This document shows positions 50,612 through 60,315 of a stretch of DNA of 64,000 nucleotides, in pieces. Where the stretch lies: positions 234,283-298,282 of the forward strand of contig JACPKC010000010.1 of NCBI GenBank assembly GCA_016187225.1, written 5' to 3'. Both the position numbers and the translations under genes were made by a program. Within the stretch, counting starts at the first letter, position 1. The number at the start of each line of letters is the position of its first letter. The notes below the pieces were generated by a model, which was given only the letters and a program-made list of their open reading frames with translations, did not search any database and was not told the origin of the DNA. The stretch is from Candidatus Berkelbacteria bacterium (GTDB taxonomy: Bacteria > Patescibacteriota > UBA1384 > JACPKC01).

Positions 50612-53089
50612 TTATAGCACGCCCAAAATGTCGCTTAGATATTTTCCCGTAATTGATGCTTTATTTTTTGAGAGCTGTTTTGGTGTGCCTTCAGCCACAA
50701 TCTGCCCACCCATGGCTCCGCCTCCTGGCCCGAGATCGATCACCCAATCTGCGCATTTAATGACGTCGAGATTATGCTCGATCACCAAAACAGTATTCCC
50801 TTTATCGACTAAAGCCTGTAAAACGCGGAGTAAAAGCGCAATGTCTTCAAAATGCAAACCGGTTGTCGGCTCATCGAGAATATACAAAGTTGAACCTGAA
50901 GAATGCCGTGCGAGTTCCGTAGCAAGTTTGATTCTTTGCGCTTCGCCGCCAGAAAGAGTAGTGGCTGGCTGACCTAGTATCAAATAGCCTAGGCCAACGG
51001 CCGCCAAAACATCGAGTTTGCCAGCGATTGTCGGCTGATCAGCAAAAAAGTCACAAGCAGTCTTAACGGTCATGGTTAACACTTCAGCGATATTCCTGCC
51101 CCGGTAAAGCACATCGAGAATTTCCTGCTTAAAACGCGTACCCCGACACGTTTCGCAAACAACATAGACGTCTGGCAAAAAGTGCATCTCGTGGCGGATC
51201 GAACCTTCCCCACGGCAAACTTCACACCGTCCACCGCGGACGTTAAAGCTAAAATGGCCGGCGCTTATCCGACGCTTTTGAGCAAGCTCCGTGGAGACAA
51301 AAAGGTCGCGGATCGCGCCAAAGACATTTGTATAAGTTGCTGGGTTAGAACGCGGCGTCCGACCAATTGGCGACTGATCGACACTAATCACTTTATTAAG
51401 ATTCTCAAGGCCTGTGATTTTTTGATGGATGCCTGGCTCGGCTAAGGCGCGGTGATAATGTTTAGCAAGGGCCACCGCCAAAGTGTCTTGTACAAGTGTT
51501 GACTTGCCAGATCCCGAAACTCCGGTAACGCATATCAATGCTTTAAGCGGAACTTTCACCGTAATATCCTTGAGATTAAAATTTTTTGCTCCAATAATTT
51601 CGAGATACGCGCTCGTTTTGACCTGCCTTTTAGTTGGAATTTTAATCATTTTCTCACCTCGCAAATATTGAGCGGTTAAAGAATTTTTTGACACGAGAAA
51701 ATCATCAGGCTTACCTTCGGCGACTAACTGCCCACCCTCTTTGCCAGCTCCAGGCCCGATGTCGATTAAATAATCGGCCGCTCGGATAATCTGCTCGTCA
51801 TGCTCAACAATGATTAAGGTGTTGCCTAGATCTCTTAATTCTTTTAAGATTTGAATTAATAGATTGATGTCTTGAGGATGCAAGCCTATCGAAGGCTCAT
51901 CGAGCACATAGAGAACGCCTGTTAGCCCCGACCCGAGTTGCGTCGCGAGTCTAATTCGTTGCGCTTCGCCGCCAGCTAGGGTTTCTGCTCCTCGGTCAAG
52001 TGTTAGGTAGCCTAAGCCAACTTTTGTTAAATACTGAAGTCGCAAATTCATTTCGCGCAAAATATTTTCAGCCAAGACTTGCTCGGTCTGATTAAGCGTT
52101 GGAATTAAATTTTGGAAAAATTTCAAAGTCTCGCTGATTGTTAGCTGGGCGACTTGGTTGATCGTTAAACCACCAACCCGCACGCATAGTGCCTCATTTT
52201 TTAGACGTTGTCCTTTGCAAGTCGGGCAAAGCCGTTTGACCATATATTTCTCAATTTCAGTTCGAACGTAGGCTGAATCGGTATTCATATAACGTTCGTT
52301 AATAATTTGTATTATGCCCGGGAAATCTTGCCCGTCGCCAAACAATAATGTTTGTCGTTGCAGAACCGTTAAATTGCCAACTGGGGCATTGACTGGAATA
52401 TGAGTAGTGATTTTAATCTGTTTAAGCACCTTCTCAATGCCCTGTCCGTTATTACTCAAACGCACCCATGGGCGAATCGCTCCCTCTTCTAAAGTTAGAC
52501 GTGGATTTGGCAAAATGCGCTCAAGATCAAGCTCGGATCGTTGCCCGAGTCCGCGACACTCATGGCATGCCCCTTGAGGGTTATTGAATGAAAATAAACC
52601 AAGCGTTAATTCAGGAAAATTTTTCTGGCAATTTAGACAGTTCAAACCTGGTTTGTTTGACTCTGGCAAGATAATTTTTTTTAACTCTGCAAGGCAGGTC
52701 GGACAATTAGCCTTGCCAAGGCGCGTAAAAAGCAAGCGCAAGTAGTCGTAAATTTCACTCATTGTTCCAACTGTCGAGCGCGGCGAACGGGTAGTGTTTT
52801 TTTGATCAATTGCAATCGCTGGAACGAGTCCGCTAATCAAGTCAACGTCGGGTTTTTCCAACGTGCCAAAAAGATGCTTGGCATAAGACGAAAGCGACTC
52901 GACATAGCGCCGCTGACCCTCAGCGTAGATTGTGTCAAATGCGAGAGAAGATTTACCCGACCCGGAGAGACCGGTGATGACGGTAATCTTGTTACGTGGT
53001 ATACGAACGTGAATATTTTGCAGATTATGGACTCTCGCCCCTTGGACGACAATTGAATCATTGGGAGTTGGGTTTTGGGGGTTAATCAT
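50612..53089 (-). CDS. uvrA: excinuclease ABC subunit A (short form)
   Basis: Two ABC ATPase modules ([14 protein letters not shown] and [11 protein letters not shown]) with zinc-finger cysteines. At 825 aa it is about 115 aa shorter than typical UvrA. Confidence 0.85.
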   Translation of the reverse strand: MINPQNPTPNDSIVVQGARVHNLQNIHVRIPRNKITVITGLSGSGKSSLAFDTIYAEGQRRYVESLSSYAKHLFGTLEKPDVDLISGLVPAIAIDQKNTTRSPRSTVGTMSEIYDYLRLLFTRLGKANCPTCLAELKKIILPESNKPGLNCLNCQKNFPELTLGLFSFNNPQGACHECRGLGQRSELDLERILPNPRLTLEEGAIRPWVRLSNNGQGIEKVLKQIKITTHIPVNAPVGNLTVLQRQTLLFGDGQDFPGIIQIINERYMNTDSAYVRTEIEKYMVKRLCPTCKGQRLKNEALCVRVGGLTINQVAQLTISETLKFFQNLIPTLNQTEQVLAENILREMNLRLQYLTKVGLGYLTLDRGAETLAGGEAQRIRLATQLGSGLTGVLYVLDEPSIGLHPQDINLLIQILKELRDLGNTLIIVEHDEQIIRAADYLIDIGPGAGKEGGQLVAEGKPDDFLVSKNSLTAQYLRGEKMIKIPTKRQVKTSAYLEIIGAKNFNLKDITVKVPLKALICVTGVSGSGKSTLVQDTLAVALAKHYHRALAEPGIHQKITGLENLNKVISVDQSPIGRTPRSNPATYTNVFGAIRDLFVSTELAQKRRISAGHFSFNVRGGRCEVCRGEGSIRHEMHFLPDVYVVCETCRGTRFKQEILDVLYRGRNIAEVLTMTVKTACDFFADQPTIAGKLDVLAAVGLGYLILGQPATTLSGGEAQRIKLATELARHSSGSTLYILDEPTTGLHFEDIALLLRVLQALVDKGNTVLVIEHNLDVIKCADWVIDLGPGGGAMGGQIVAEGTPKQLSKNKASITGKYLSDILGVL

Positions 53090-53215
53090 AAGATCGTACT
53101 CGCGGAATTGTCGGGTGAGAGTGTAGCGAATCCATTCCCCTCTTGCAACCGTTTACTCCCTTCTGTATTCTAATAATTATCTTATCAGCGGCGACATTGA
53201 GGGGAAGGAGAATCG

Positions 53216-53689
53216 ATGTTTGATGGCGCAACGCAGGATAGTGCGGTTGGAGGCCCAGGAACTGTTGTGGGCGCGAATGTTAAGCTGACTGGCACCTTAA
53301 GCGATGTAAACGACATTATTGTCCATGGTACGGTTGAAGGTGAGATAATTTCAGATAAGACCGTCACGATCAGTGAGACTGCCTCTGTGAAAGGACCTGT
53401 CACAGCTCAAATGGTGAGTGTTTCAGGTAAAGTCCAAGGTGGAATTACCGCTCACCAAAAACTTGAGCTACTCCCAACGGCCAATGTTGGTGGAGCAATC
53501 ACAACTAAAGAGCTTCTCATTAAACCCGGGGCAACTTTTAACGGCAAGAGCACCATGACGGGTGAAGGCGCTCCCTTAGCCAAAACTGAAGAAGTAAAAA
53601 AACAAGATTTACCGGAACAGCCAAAAGAAAAATTACCGGAAAAAGCAGAAATTCTGGGCGCGGCGCCAACTTTTGAACTCGAAGAGTAA
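53216..53689 (+). CDS. bactofilin-family cytoskeletal protein
   Basis: Repetitive beta-helical core (…VNDIIVHGTVEGEIISDKTVTISETASVKGPV…) with a charged C-terminal tail. Confidence 0.75.
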   Translation: MFDGATQDSAVGGPGTVVGANVKLTGTLSDVNDIIVHGTVEGEIISDKTVTISETASVKGPVTAQMVSVSGKVQGGITAHQKLELLPTANVGGAITTKELLIKPGATFNGKSTMTGEGAPLAKTEEVKKQDLPEQPKEKLPEKAEILGAAPTFELEE

Positions 53690-53712
53690 GTCGACGATGT
53701 CTTCAGCCTCGG

Positions 53713-54498
53713 ATGTACTACTACATTACAGAAGCACCGCGCTCGCGAGATGACCATCGTGCACTTGAACGAGCTCGAGAGCTTCTCACTCTTCTTGGAA
53801 TAGCGGGCGAGTTTGTTACAGCTTCGCCAACTCGATCAGTGGCGGAATTAGCTGAACTTGGCGCCGCTAAGCGTTACTCGACAATCGTTGCGATTGGGTC
53901 AGAGCGTCTGATTAACGAGGTCGCTACGTTATTAGCCGGAACGCCGTATGTTTTTGGCGCTTTGCCATTGCAAAATCCAGTCTCGCTTGAACTTGTGACC
54001 GGCATTACGACGCTTGAAGAAGCGGCGGAAGCGCTTAAATATCGCCGTGTTAAACTGACCTCAATTGCTCGCATTGAACCCAATAAGTTTTTTGTCACCG
54101 AGATTAAAATCGCGATTGCACAAGCAACGCCCATCCATCTTGCAATTGATGATGCCTCAATTGAAACCAACTGTAGTGACATTCGGTTAGCTGGCTCCGG
54201 TACAATTTTTTTGCGTAATCGTTTTGGCGATCGTGGCAAGAGATCTTTTCTCAACTGGCTTTTCGGCGGTAAAAAAGAAGAGACTGGTTACACTTCGCGT
54301 TTTCGAGGTTCAAAAATTTCAATCGAAATGGATGGTACTTATCCCGTTTACCTTGGCAGTGAGGTGATCGCTAAAACCCCATTGGCAATTCAAGTTTTTC
54401 CCAGAAGCTTGAAAATGATCACTCGACGTGATAGAGTTTCGCCACCTATAATAAGAGAAACTGAACGGAGGCCACAATTCTCGACGACAAACGGGTGA
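53713..54498 (+). CDS. DAGK_cat/NAD-kinase-like fold protein with degenerate catalytic motifs
   Basis: IVAIGSERLINEVATLLAG…GALPLQNPVS parallels the lipid-kinase layout vvaGGDGTvnev…P.GTgNdfa, but GGDGT and GTGND are replaced. Confidence 0.4.
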   Translation: MYYYITEAPRSRDDHRALERARELLTLLGIAGEFVTASPTRSVAELAELGAAKRYSTIVAIGSERLINEVATLLAGTPYVFGALPLQNPVSLELVTGITTLEEAAEALKYRRVKLTSIARIEPNKFFVTEIKIAIAQATPIHLAIDDASIETNCSDIRLAGSGTIFLRNRFGDRGKRSFLNWLFGGKKEETGYTSRFRGSKISIEMDGTYPVYLGSEVIAKTPLAIQVFPRSLKMITRRDRVSPPIIRETERRPQFSTTNG

Positions 54499-54971
54499 AT
54501 GAGGCGATTATTGCGCCGGAAGTAGTTCTGATCGATCGAACAGGTAAAAATCTCGGCGGAATGTCGCGCGAACAAGCGTTTTTTCTAGCTCACGAGCAGG
54601 GCCTCGATCTTGTTGAGGTCAGTGGACAAGCGACGCCTCCTGTTATAAGAATTCTCGATTTCGGTAAAGAGCGCTACGATCGTGAAAAGCGAACTCGGAA
54701 ACAGCGCGCCAAGCAAAAATCAGGCGAGATGAAGGAAATAAAATTAAGTTTTCTAATGAGTGAGCACGACTTTCAGACCCGAATTCGTCAAGCGGAAAAA
54801 TTTATTGCGCGAGGAGATCAGATTAAACTCGGTATGCGCCTGGTCGGTCGAGAAAACGCCTTCGCCGAACAAGCTAAGGAGAAATTTATCCGCTTTGCTG
54901 AAATTCTAAAACTCAAAGTACCCAACATTACCAAGCAAGGGAATCGTCTCTCGGCAATCTTAACTCGATAA
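54477..54971 (+). CDS. infC: translation initiation factor IF-3
   Basis: …EVVLIDRTGKNLGGMSREQA… and C-domain motifs. Proposed AUU start at about 54477, preceded by GGAGG at a 5-nt spacing. The track starts at the GTG at 54495. Confidence 0.8.
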   Translation: MLDDKRVNEAIIAPEVVLIDRTGKNLGGMSREQAFFLAHEQGLDLVEVSGQATPPVIRILDFGKERYDREKRTRKQRAKQKSGEMKEIKLSFLMSEHDFQTRIRQAEKFIARGDQIKLGMRLVGRENAFAEQAKEKFIRFAEILKLKVPNITKQGNRLSAILTR

Positions 54972-55020
54972 ATCAGGTTGAATTATTAGGAAAGATCCGA
55001 TAAAATTTCAAACAATAATC

Positions 55021-55224
55021 ATGCCTAAGCTTAAAACTCATAAAGCGGCTTCTAAAAGGATTCTAAAGCGCACCCAAAGCGGTGTGTTTATGGCGCGAGC
55101 AATGAGCGCCCAACATCTAACTGGCGGCAAGGCGGCGCGAGTGAGTCAGAATGCCCGACATGTTCGAGCGCTTTCGCGCGCGAATAAGAAGAATCTAACG
55201 AAACTCTTGCCCTATTTGAGGTAA
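55021..55224 (+). CDS. rpmI: 50S ribosomal protein L35
   Basis: MPKLKTHKAASKRI. Confidence 0.9.
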   Translation: MPKLKTHKAASKRILKRTQSGVFMARAMSAQHLTGGKAARVSQNARHVRALSRANKKNLTKLLPYLR

Positions 55225-55226
55225 TT

Positions 55227-55577
55227 ATGGCCCGTGTTAAACGAGGAATTCAGGTTCGCAAACGTCACAAAAATCTCCTTAAGCGCACTAAGGGTTTTCT
55301 TCAGGGTCGAAAAAATCTTGTTAAAGTGGCTCGTCAGGCAAGTGTGCGGGCAATGCATAATGCGTATCGAGATCGGCGTGTTAAAAAACGAGAGTTTCGT
55401 GCGCTTTGGATTATTCGTCTCAATGCCGCTCTCCGTCAGCATGAACTAACCTATTCAAAATTTATTCCTCTCATGAAAAAAGCGGAGTTAAACCTAAATC
55501 GTAAGGTACTTTCTGAACTCGCCTCTAGTCATCCAGAAGAGTTTCAAGCCTTGCTAAAGCGCATTCTGAATACATGA
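55227..55577 (+). CDS. rplT: 50S ribosomal protein L20
   Basis: MARVKRGIQVRKRHKNLLKRTKGF. Confidence 0.9.
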   Translation: MARVKRGIQVRKRHKNLLKRTKGFLQGRKNLVKVARQASVRAMHNAYRDRRVKKREFRALWIIRLNAALRQHELTYSKFIPLMKKAELNLNRKVLSELASSHPEEFQALLKRILNT

Positions 55578-55721
55578 GTGAAAAACCATTTATTTCGGGA
55601 ATTCCAGCTGATTATTTAGACTTACTGCAAGAATTGGAGCGCCGCGAAGCAAAGAGTGTTTCAAAACCAAGAGTGAGCGACATTCTCGGACAAGGTCGGT
55701 TAAACTTAGATGTTGTATGAT

Positions 55722-56114
55722 CTATACAGACCGCTTGCGAAAATGAATCAGCGTTAGAATGCCTAAACCCGTTAAAATCGCAAGATCGGCAAGATTAAAG
55801 AACGGCAACCAATCCCCAAGCGTAAACGGGTCGATAACCGCCCCGACCCGCACTCGATCGACTAAATTACTCATCAACCCAGCCAAGATGAAGCTGTACC
55901 CTAACCTGGAAGTTTTGTTCTGATCTCGATGAGTGATCTGTAAAACCATCACCCCCAGAATCCCAGCGCCAATCAACCCAAGGATAAGGGCGGGCTTTGA
56001 ATTAAATGCACCAAAGGCGATCCCGGAATTCAAAACTGCTTGCTCAAAAAGTAAAATTTTGGTGCCTTGGTCTGCTAAAATAATGGCAAAAATAATTAAA
56101 AGAAACATAAACAT
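55722..56114 (-). CDS. lspA: lipoprotein signal peptidase II (short form)
   Basis: 130 aa with four TM helices, VDRVRVGAVIDPF and FNLAD motifs. Confidence 0.75.
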   Translation of the reverse strand: MFMFLLIIFAIILADQGTKILLFEQAVLNSGIAFGAFNSKPALILGLIGAGILGVMVLQITHRDQNKTSRLGYSFILAGLMSNLVDRVRVGAVIDPFTLGDWLPFFNLADLAILTGLGILTLIHFRKRSV

Positions 56115-56116
56115 TT

Positions 56117-56193
56117 GGTCGTATAGCTCAGTTGGTTAGAGCGTTGCGTTCACATCGCAAAGGCCCCTGGTTCGAGTCCAGGTACGACCACCA
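56117..56193 (+). tRNA. tRNA-Val (anticodon CAC)
   Basis: Hand-folded: acceptor GGTCGTA/TACGACC, anticodon stem TTGCG/CGCAA, loop TTCACAT, T-loop TTCGAGT, ending ACCA. Confidence 0.8.
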
Positions 56194-56196
56194 TCA

Positions 56197-56511
56197 TCAC
56201 TGTTGATTTTGATAACTTGCTTCGAGTTTTGCGATAAAATTTTCAATTTCATTATTACCAACATCCTTAACGCGTAAACTTCCCTCAATGGGGGTACTCA
56301 AGGCGAAACCGTGAAAAGCTGCCGACTGGTGATATTCTGGAAAGTTTTGTGCCAATTTAACTCTAAATTCTGAACATGCTTCAAGAAAATCCTCGATTTG
56401 ATTATCATTGAGTTTATTTTGAAGTCGAATAATACGATTTTTAATCTCATTATAAAAAGATAGAAGTTCAGTCTGACTATATTCTTGCTGTTCACCGTGT
56501 TCTTTTGACAT
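56197..56511 (-). CDS. hypothetical acidic helical protein
   Basis: 104 aa with no recognisable motifs. Confidence 0.35.
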   Translation of the reverse strand: MSKEHGEQQEYSQTELLSFYNEIKNRIIRLQNKLNDNQIEDFLEACSEFRVKLAQNFPEYHQSAAFHGFALSTPIEGSLRVKDVGNNEIENFIAKLEASYQNQQ

Positions 56512-56573
56512 AATTTTCCACCTATTTACAAAATGAATTCTTAATTTCTAAATTCTACGCTATACTAAAAGTT

Positions 56574-57152
56574 ATGAGAACAATACCGTCGCCTTATACT
56601 GGCAAATCGCCGGAATCAGCCTATGAAACACTTCGAACGATAGTGCTTGTATTGTTAGCGGCATTTTTGGTACGATCTTTTATCGCCCAACCATTTGTGG
56701 TGCAAGGTCGAAGCATGGAGCCAACTTTTCATCATCAAGATTACTTGGTTGTCGATAAGATTACTTACCGTCTTAAGAACCCTCGGAGAGGTGATATTAT
56801 TGTTTTTAAATCGCCCGAAGAGCCAACGCAGAATTACATTAAACGCATTATCGGCCTACCCGGAGAAACGGTGATCGTCAAAAATGAGACTATCACCATT
56901 AATGGTCAAACTCTCAACGAACCTTATATTGAAACGATCACTGCTCAAGATAAACTCACTCGCTCTCCCAGTACGTTTTTAATGGAGCAAACACTCAATG
57001 AAAATGAGTATTTCGTTATGGGTGATAATCGCGATCATTCATCTGATTCACGACGCTGGGGACCTTTGCCGGAGCAGAATATTTTAGGTCGTGCGATGGT
57101 TACTGTTTTACCTTTTTCTGATTTCGAGCTCCTGAAAACCCCTGATTATTGA
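56574..57152 (+). CDS. lepB: signal peptidase I
   Basis: GRSMEPTF (Ser nucleophile box), YIKRIIGLPGETV, GDNRDHSSDSRRWG. Confidence 0.85.
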   Translation: MRTIPSPYTGKSPESAYETLRTIVLVLLAAFLVRSFIAQPFVVQGRSMEPTFHHQDYLVVDKITYRLKNPRRGDIIVFKSPEEPTQNYIKRIIGLPGETVIVKNETITINGQTLNEPYIETITAQDKLTRSPSTFLMEQTLNENEYFVMGDNRDHSSDSRRWGPLPEQNILGRAMVTVLPFSDFELLKTPDY

Positions 57153-58660
57153 TGAGTTACGTAGATGTCGTTGTGGATCGGCCTGGACAGGATATTTTTA
57201 GCTATCGACTCACACCGGAAACATTCTTAAACTCCCGGCCAGGAACCTTAGTCGAGATTTCACTTGGCAATCGAAAGCTTCCGGGTGTGATTTGGCGATT
57301 ACGTAAAACAGTTAAAGCCGAAATTAGGGGCAAGCTTCGGCCGCTTAATCGCATTCTTTCTGAAGGCGTCTGGGTACCTAATATCTCGCGCCTAATCGCT
57401 TTAGCGCTCGCCGAATATTCAGGAGAATCAATTGGCGTTTGTCTTTTTCGCCTTCTACCTTCAATAGCGAAACGCAAATTTTTGGCACTTCGACCAAGTT
57501 TTCCGCATACACAGATCGGCAAACGCTTCCACTGCTATGGAATTCGTCAAGAACGCTATCGGCAATATCAAATGCTTATTGAAAAATCTCTGTGCGCCAA
57601 TCGACAGACGCTTTTGATTGCGCCGCGGGAACAGCACCCAGCGCTTTTTAGTCAGCTCATGTCTCTTGCGCCACAGATTGAGGCTGTAACAGGTGATTTA
57701 ACGCCCACTAAACAACGTCAAATTGCTACCGCTTTCTCGGCTGGCCTGCTCCCAATTCTAATCGGTACGCGGCATATCGTCGGCTGGCCTGCCTACTCGC
57801 TGGGCTTGATTATTGTTGAAGACGCCTACCATCAAGGTCATACCGACGATCAGCGACCATATCTAGATTCGGCTACTATTGCTTATGTTCGCGCTTTAAG
57901 TCAGGGCGCAAACTGTCTGCTTGGCGCTTCTCTGCCGACACCCGCCCTCATTTTAGCCGAACAAAACGCGATCGCCAGTCGCATTCAAAGTCGCACTCCC
58001 GCTTTACTCGCCTCTGTAAACTATCTCCATGCCCAAGGCGGTTTAGCGTTAAGTAACCAAGTCTGGGAAATAATTGAAATCATGGCGCGCGAAAACAAGT
58101 TGGTTCTCATCATTACTCCACGCGGCGAGGAAGATAAGAGTAGTTTCAGTGTTAAGGCTTTGCGCAAACGTCTTTTTGAACGTTTACCGAAAGCCAAAAA
58201 TTTCACCGTCGCAACAGAAAAAATTCTTGATTCCGGCCAAAACTTTCAGTCAATTATTTTTGTCGCGGCCGACTCACCGCTCTTGTCGCCAGAACTCGAT
58301 CGTCCGTGGCGTTATCTCATGAAGATCCAAGAAGCGCGCGCGCTAACTAATCAGGTTTATATTGAAACCTCGCATCCGGAACTAATTTACTGGCAAATTT
58401 TTGGCAGGGATCAGACAACAATTTGGCAGACGCTCCTTACGGAACGTCGACAGTTAAATCTGCCTCCATTTACTCGAAAGCTTACCTTTTTTGACCCAGT
58501 AAAAAATATCTCTAAAACACATCATCTCCCCGAGAAAGATTTTCTATCCGCACGTGAGAAACTAAAAAACCAACTTCCGCGTTCGGTGCAGATTAAAACT
58601 GATTCAATTCTCGATCATGCATTTCAGCCTGCCATTCCCACGCGCGCCTTGCTAAAATAA
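57149..58660 (+). CDS. primosomal protein N' (PriA)-like protein with degenerate helicase motifs
   Basis: N-terminal 3'-DNA-binding-like region, then TLLIAPREQH (compare PriA …LVLVPEIAL). The expected GxGKT Walker A is FHCYGIRQERYRQ, and DExH is …EDAYHQGH… The Zn-binding Cys cluster is absent. Confidence 0.45.
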   Translation: MMSYVDVVVDRPGQDIFSYRLTPETFLNSRPGTLVEISLGNRKLPGVIWRLRKTVKAEIRGKLRPLNRILSEGVWVPNISRLIALALAEYSGESIGVCLFRLLPSIAKRKFLALRPSFPHTQIGKRFHCYGIRQERYRQYQMLIEKSLCANRQTLLIAPREQHPALFSQLMSLAPQIEAVTGDLTPTKQRQIATAFSAGLLPILIGTRHIVGWPAYSLGLIIVEDAYHQGHTDDQRPYLDSATIAYVRALSQGANCLLGASLPTPALILAEQNAIASRIQSRTPALLASVNYLHAQGGLALSNQVWEIIEIMARENKLVLIITPRGEEDKSSFSVKALRKRLFERLPKAKNFTVATEKILDSGQNFQSIIFVAADSPLLSPELDRPWRYLMKIQEARALTNQVYIETSHPELIYWQIFGRDQTTIWQTLLTERRQLNLPPFTRKLTFFDPVKNISKTHHLPEKDFLSAREKLKNQLPRSVQIKTDSILDHAFQPAIPTRALLK

Positions 58661-58662
58661 AT

Positions 58663-59808
58663 TTGATGCACATTGCGCTTGTCACAGAGGCTTTTTTACC
58701 GCTGAAAAATGGCGTTGTTAATGCTGTGCTTTTGATACACGATGAGTTGAAGCGCCAAGGTCACCAGGTCTCAATTATCGCACCTGCCACACCTGGAGTG
58801 CGCGTTCGCTTGCGGGGGTTACATTCTGTTCCCGCCTTACCTTTGCCGGGTCGATCAGGTTATTCGCTTTCATTTCCCCACTTGAGTCAACTCCACAAGC
58901 TTCTTGCGCGCGCTCATATCATTCATACACACCATCCTTTTACGCTTGGGCATTGGGCGCTCAAAATTGCTAAACGCGCGCATCGACCGCTAATCTTTAC
59001 AAATCATACTCAATACATGAACTACACTCATCACGTGCCAGTCATTGGCTCGATCCTCAAGGAGCCACTGGCAAAATATGTCACCGAATTTATCAATCAA
59101 TGCACGGTTGTTGTTGCGCCCGCCTTAAGTACCTTGAAAGCCCTCAAGGCCGACGGCATTACCGCACCCATTCAGCATGTGCCGAATGGAATCGATGTTG
59201 GTCATTTTGCCACCGGTGACGTTTTATATTTGAGCAAACGCCTAGCGCTTAAAATTGACACCCCTATTCTTTTGTACAGCGGGCGACTCTCCGAGGAAAA
59301 AAATCTTGAATTTCTAATTCGAACGATCGCGGCATTACCCGAACATCCGCATCTTGCGCTTGTTGGTGATGGGCCGCAACGTGCCGAATTAGAGATACTT
59401 GCCCATACCTTAAAAGCCAGTGAACGCATTCATTTTCTTGGAGCTATGCCCTACGAAAAAATGCCGCATGTCTATGCAGGCGCGACTTTTTTCGTGACCG
59501 CATCCAAAAGCGAGGTACATCCACTGACGGTTCTTGAGGCTTTTGCGGCTGGCTTACCAGCCGTTGTCTTCGATGCTCGCGGCACGGCTGATATTGTCGA
59601 AGATCATCGCACTGGTATTGTGTCGCGCCCAACCCACACAGCTTTCAGCGCTGGCATTCGCCAACTTTTACATCGTCCTGCTCTTCGCGAACAATACGGT
59701 AAAATGGCGCAAGCGGTGGCGAAGAAGCAATACTCCGTTAAAGCCACCACTCAACGGCTTTTGGATACCTATCGTCTCGCAATTCGCTTGGCGCACATCG
59801 ACGACTAG
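58663..59808 (+). CDS. glycosyltransferase family 4
   Basis: C-terminal …SEVHPLTVLEAFAAGLPAVVFDARGT… motif. Confidence 0.8.
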   Translation: MMHIALVTEAFLPLKNGVVNAVLLIHDELKRQGHQVSIIAPATPGVRVRLRGLHSVPALPLPGRSGYSLSFPHLSQLHKLLARAHIIHTHHPFTLGHWALKIAKRAHRPLIFTNHTQYMNYTHHVPVIGSILKEPLAKYVTEFINQCTVVVAPALSTLKALKADGITAPIQHVPNGIDVGHFATGDVLYLSKRLALKIDTPILLYSGRLSEEKNLEFLIRTIAALPEHPHLALVGDGPQRAELEILAHTLKASERIHFLGAMPYEKMPHVYAGATFFVTASKSEVHPLTVLEAFAAGLPAVVFDARGTADIVEDHRTGIVSRPTHTAFSAGIRQLLHRPALREQYGKMAQAVAKKQYSVKATTQRLLDTYRLAIRLAHIDD

Positions 59809-59829
59809 GATATACTTTTAGTCCAAATT

Positions 59830-60294
59830 ATGCTGATTGATATTCTTACCTACCCGAATCCAATTCTTACAACACCCGCCAAAAAAGTGCCCCGAGTTGA
59901 CTCAAAAATCCAGGCGCTTGTTCAGGATATGATCGAAACGATGCGCGCTAACAAGGGTGTCGGTTTGGCCGCGCCTCAAGTTGGCCGCGCCTTGCGTTTA
60001 ATAGTGATTGAGTATCAGCCGGATCAAGATGACCCCAAAGCCGTGGCGATCCCGCTTCAAGTTTTAATCAATCCAAAAATTTTATCGAAAGATAACGGAG
60101 TCGAGAATGCAATCGAAGGTTGTCTATCGCTTCCAAATATAGAAGTTTCTGTGCCGAGATTTAAAAAAATCAAGGTGCGAGCCACAAATTTTGACAGTAA
60201 AATAATTCAATTTCGGGCACGTGATTTTCATGCCCGCATTCTTCAACATGAACTCGACCATCTCGATGGAAAACTCATCATTGATTACCAGTAG
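59830..60294 (+). CDS. def: peptide deformylase
   Basis: GVGLAAPQVG, EGCLS and HELDHL motifs. Confidence 0.9.
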   Translation: MLIDILTYPNPILTTPAKKVPRVDSKIQALVQDMIETMRANKGVGLAAPQVGRALRLIVIEYQPDQDDPKAVAIPLQVLINPKILSKDNGVENAIEGCLSLPNIEVSVPRFKKIKVRATNFDSKIIQFRARDFHARILQHELDHLDGKLIIDYQ

Positions 60295-60315
60295 ACGTGT
60301 TCCCCAATAACCTTT

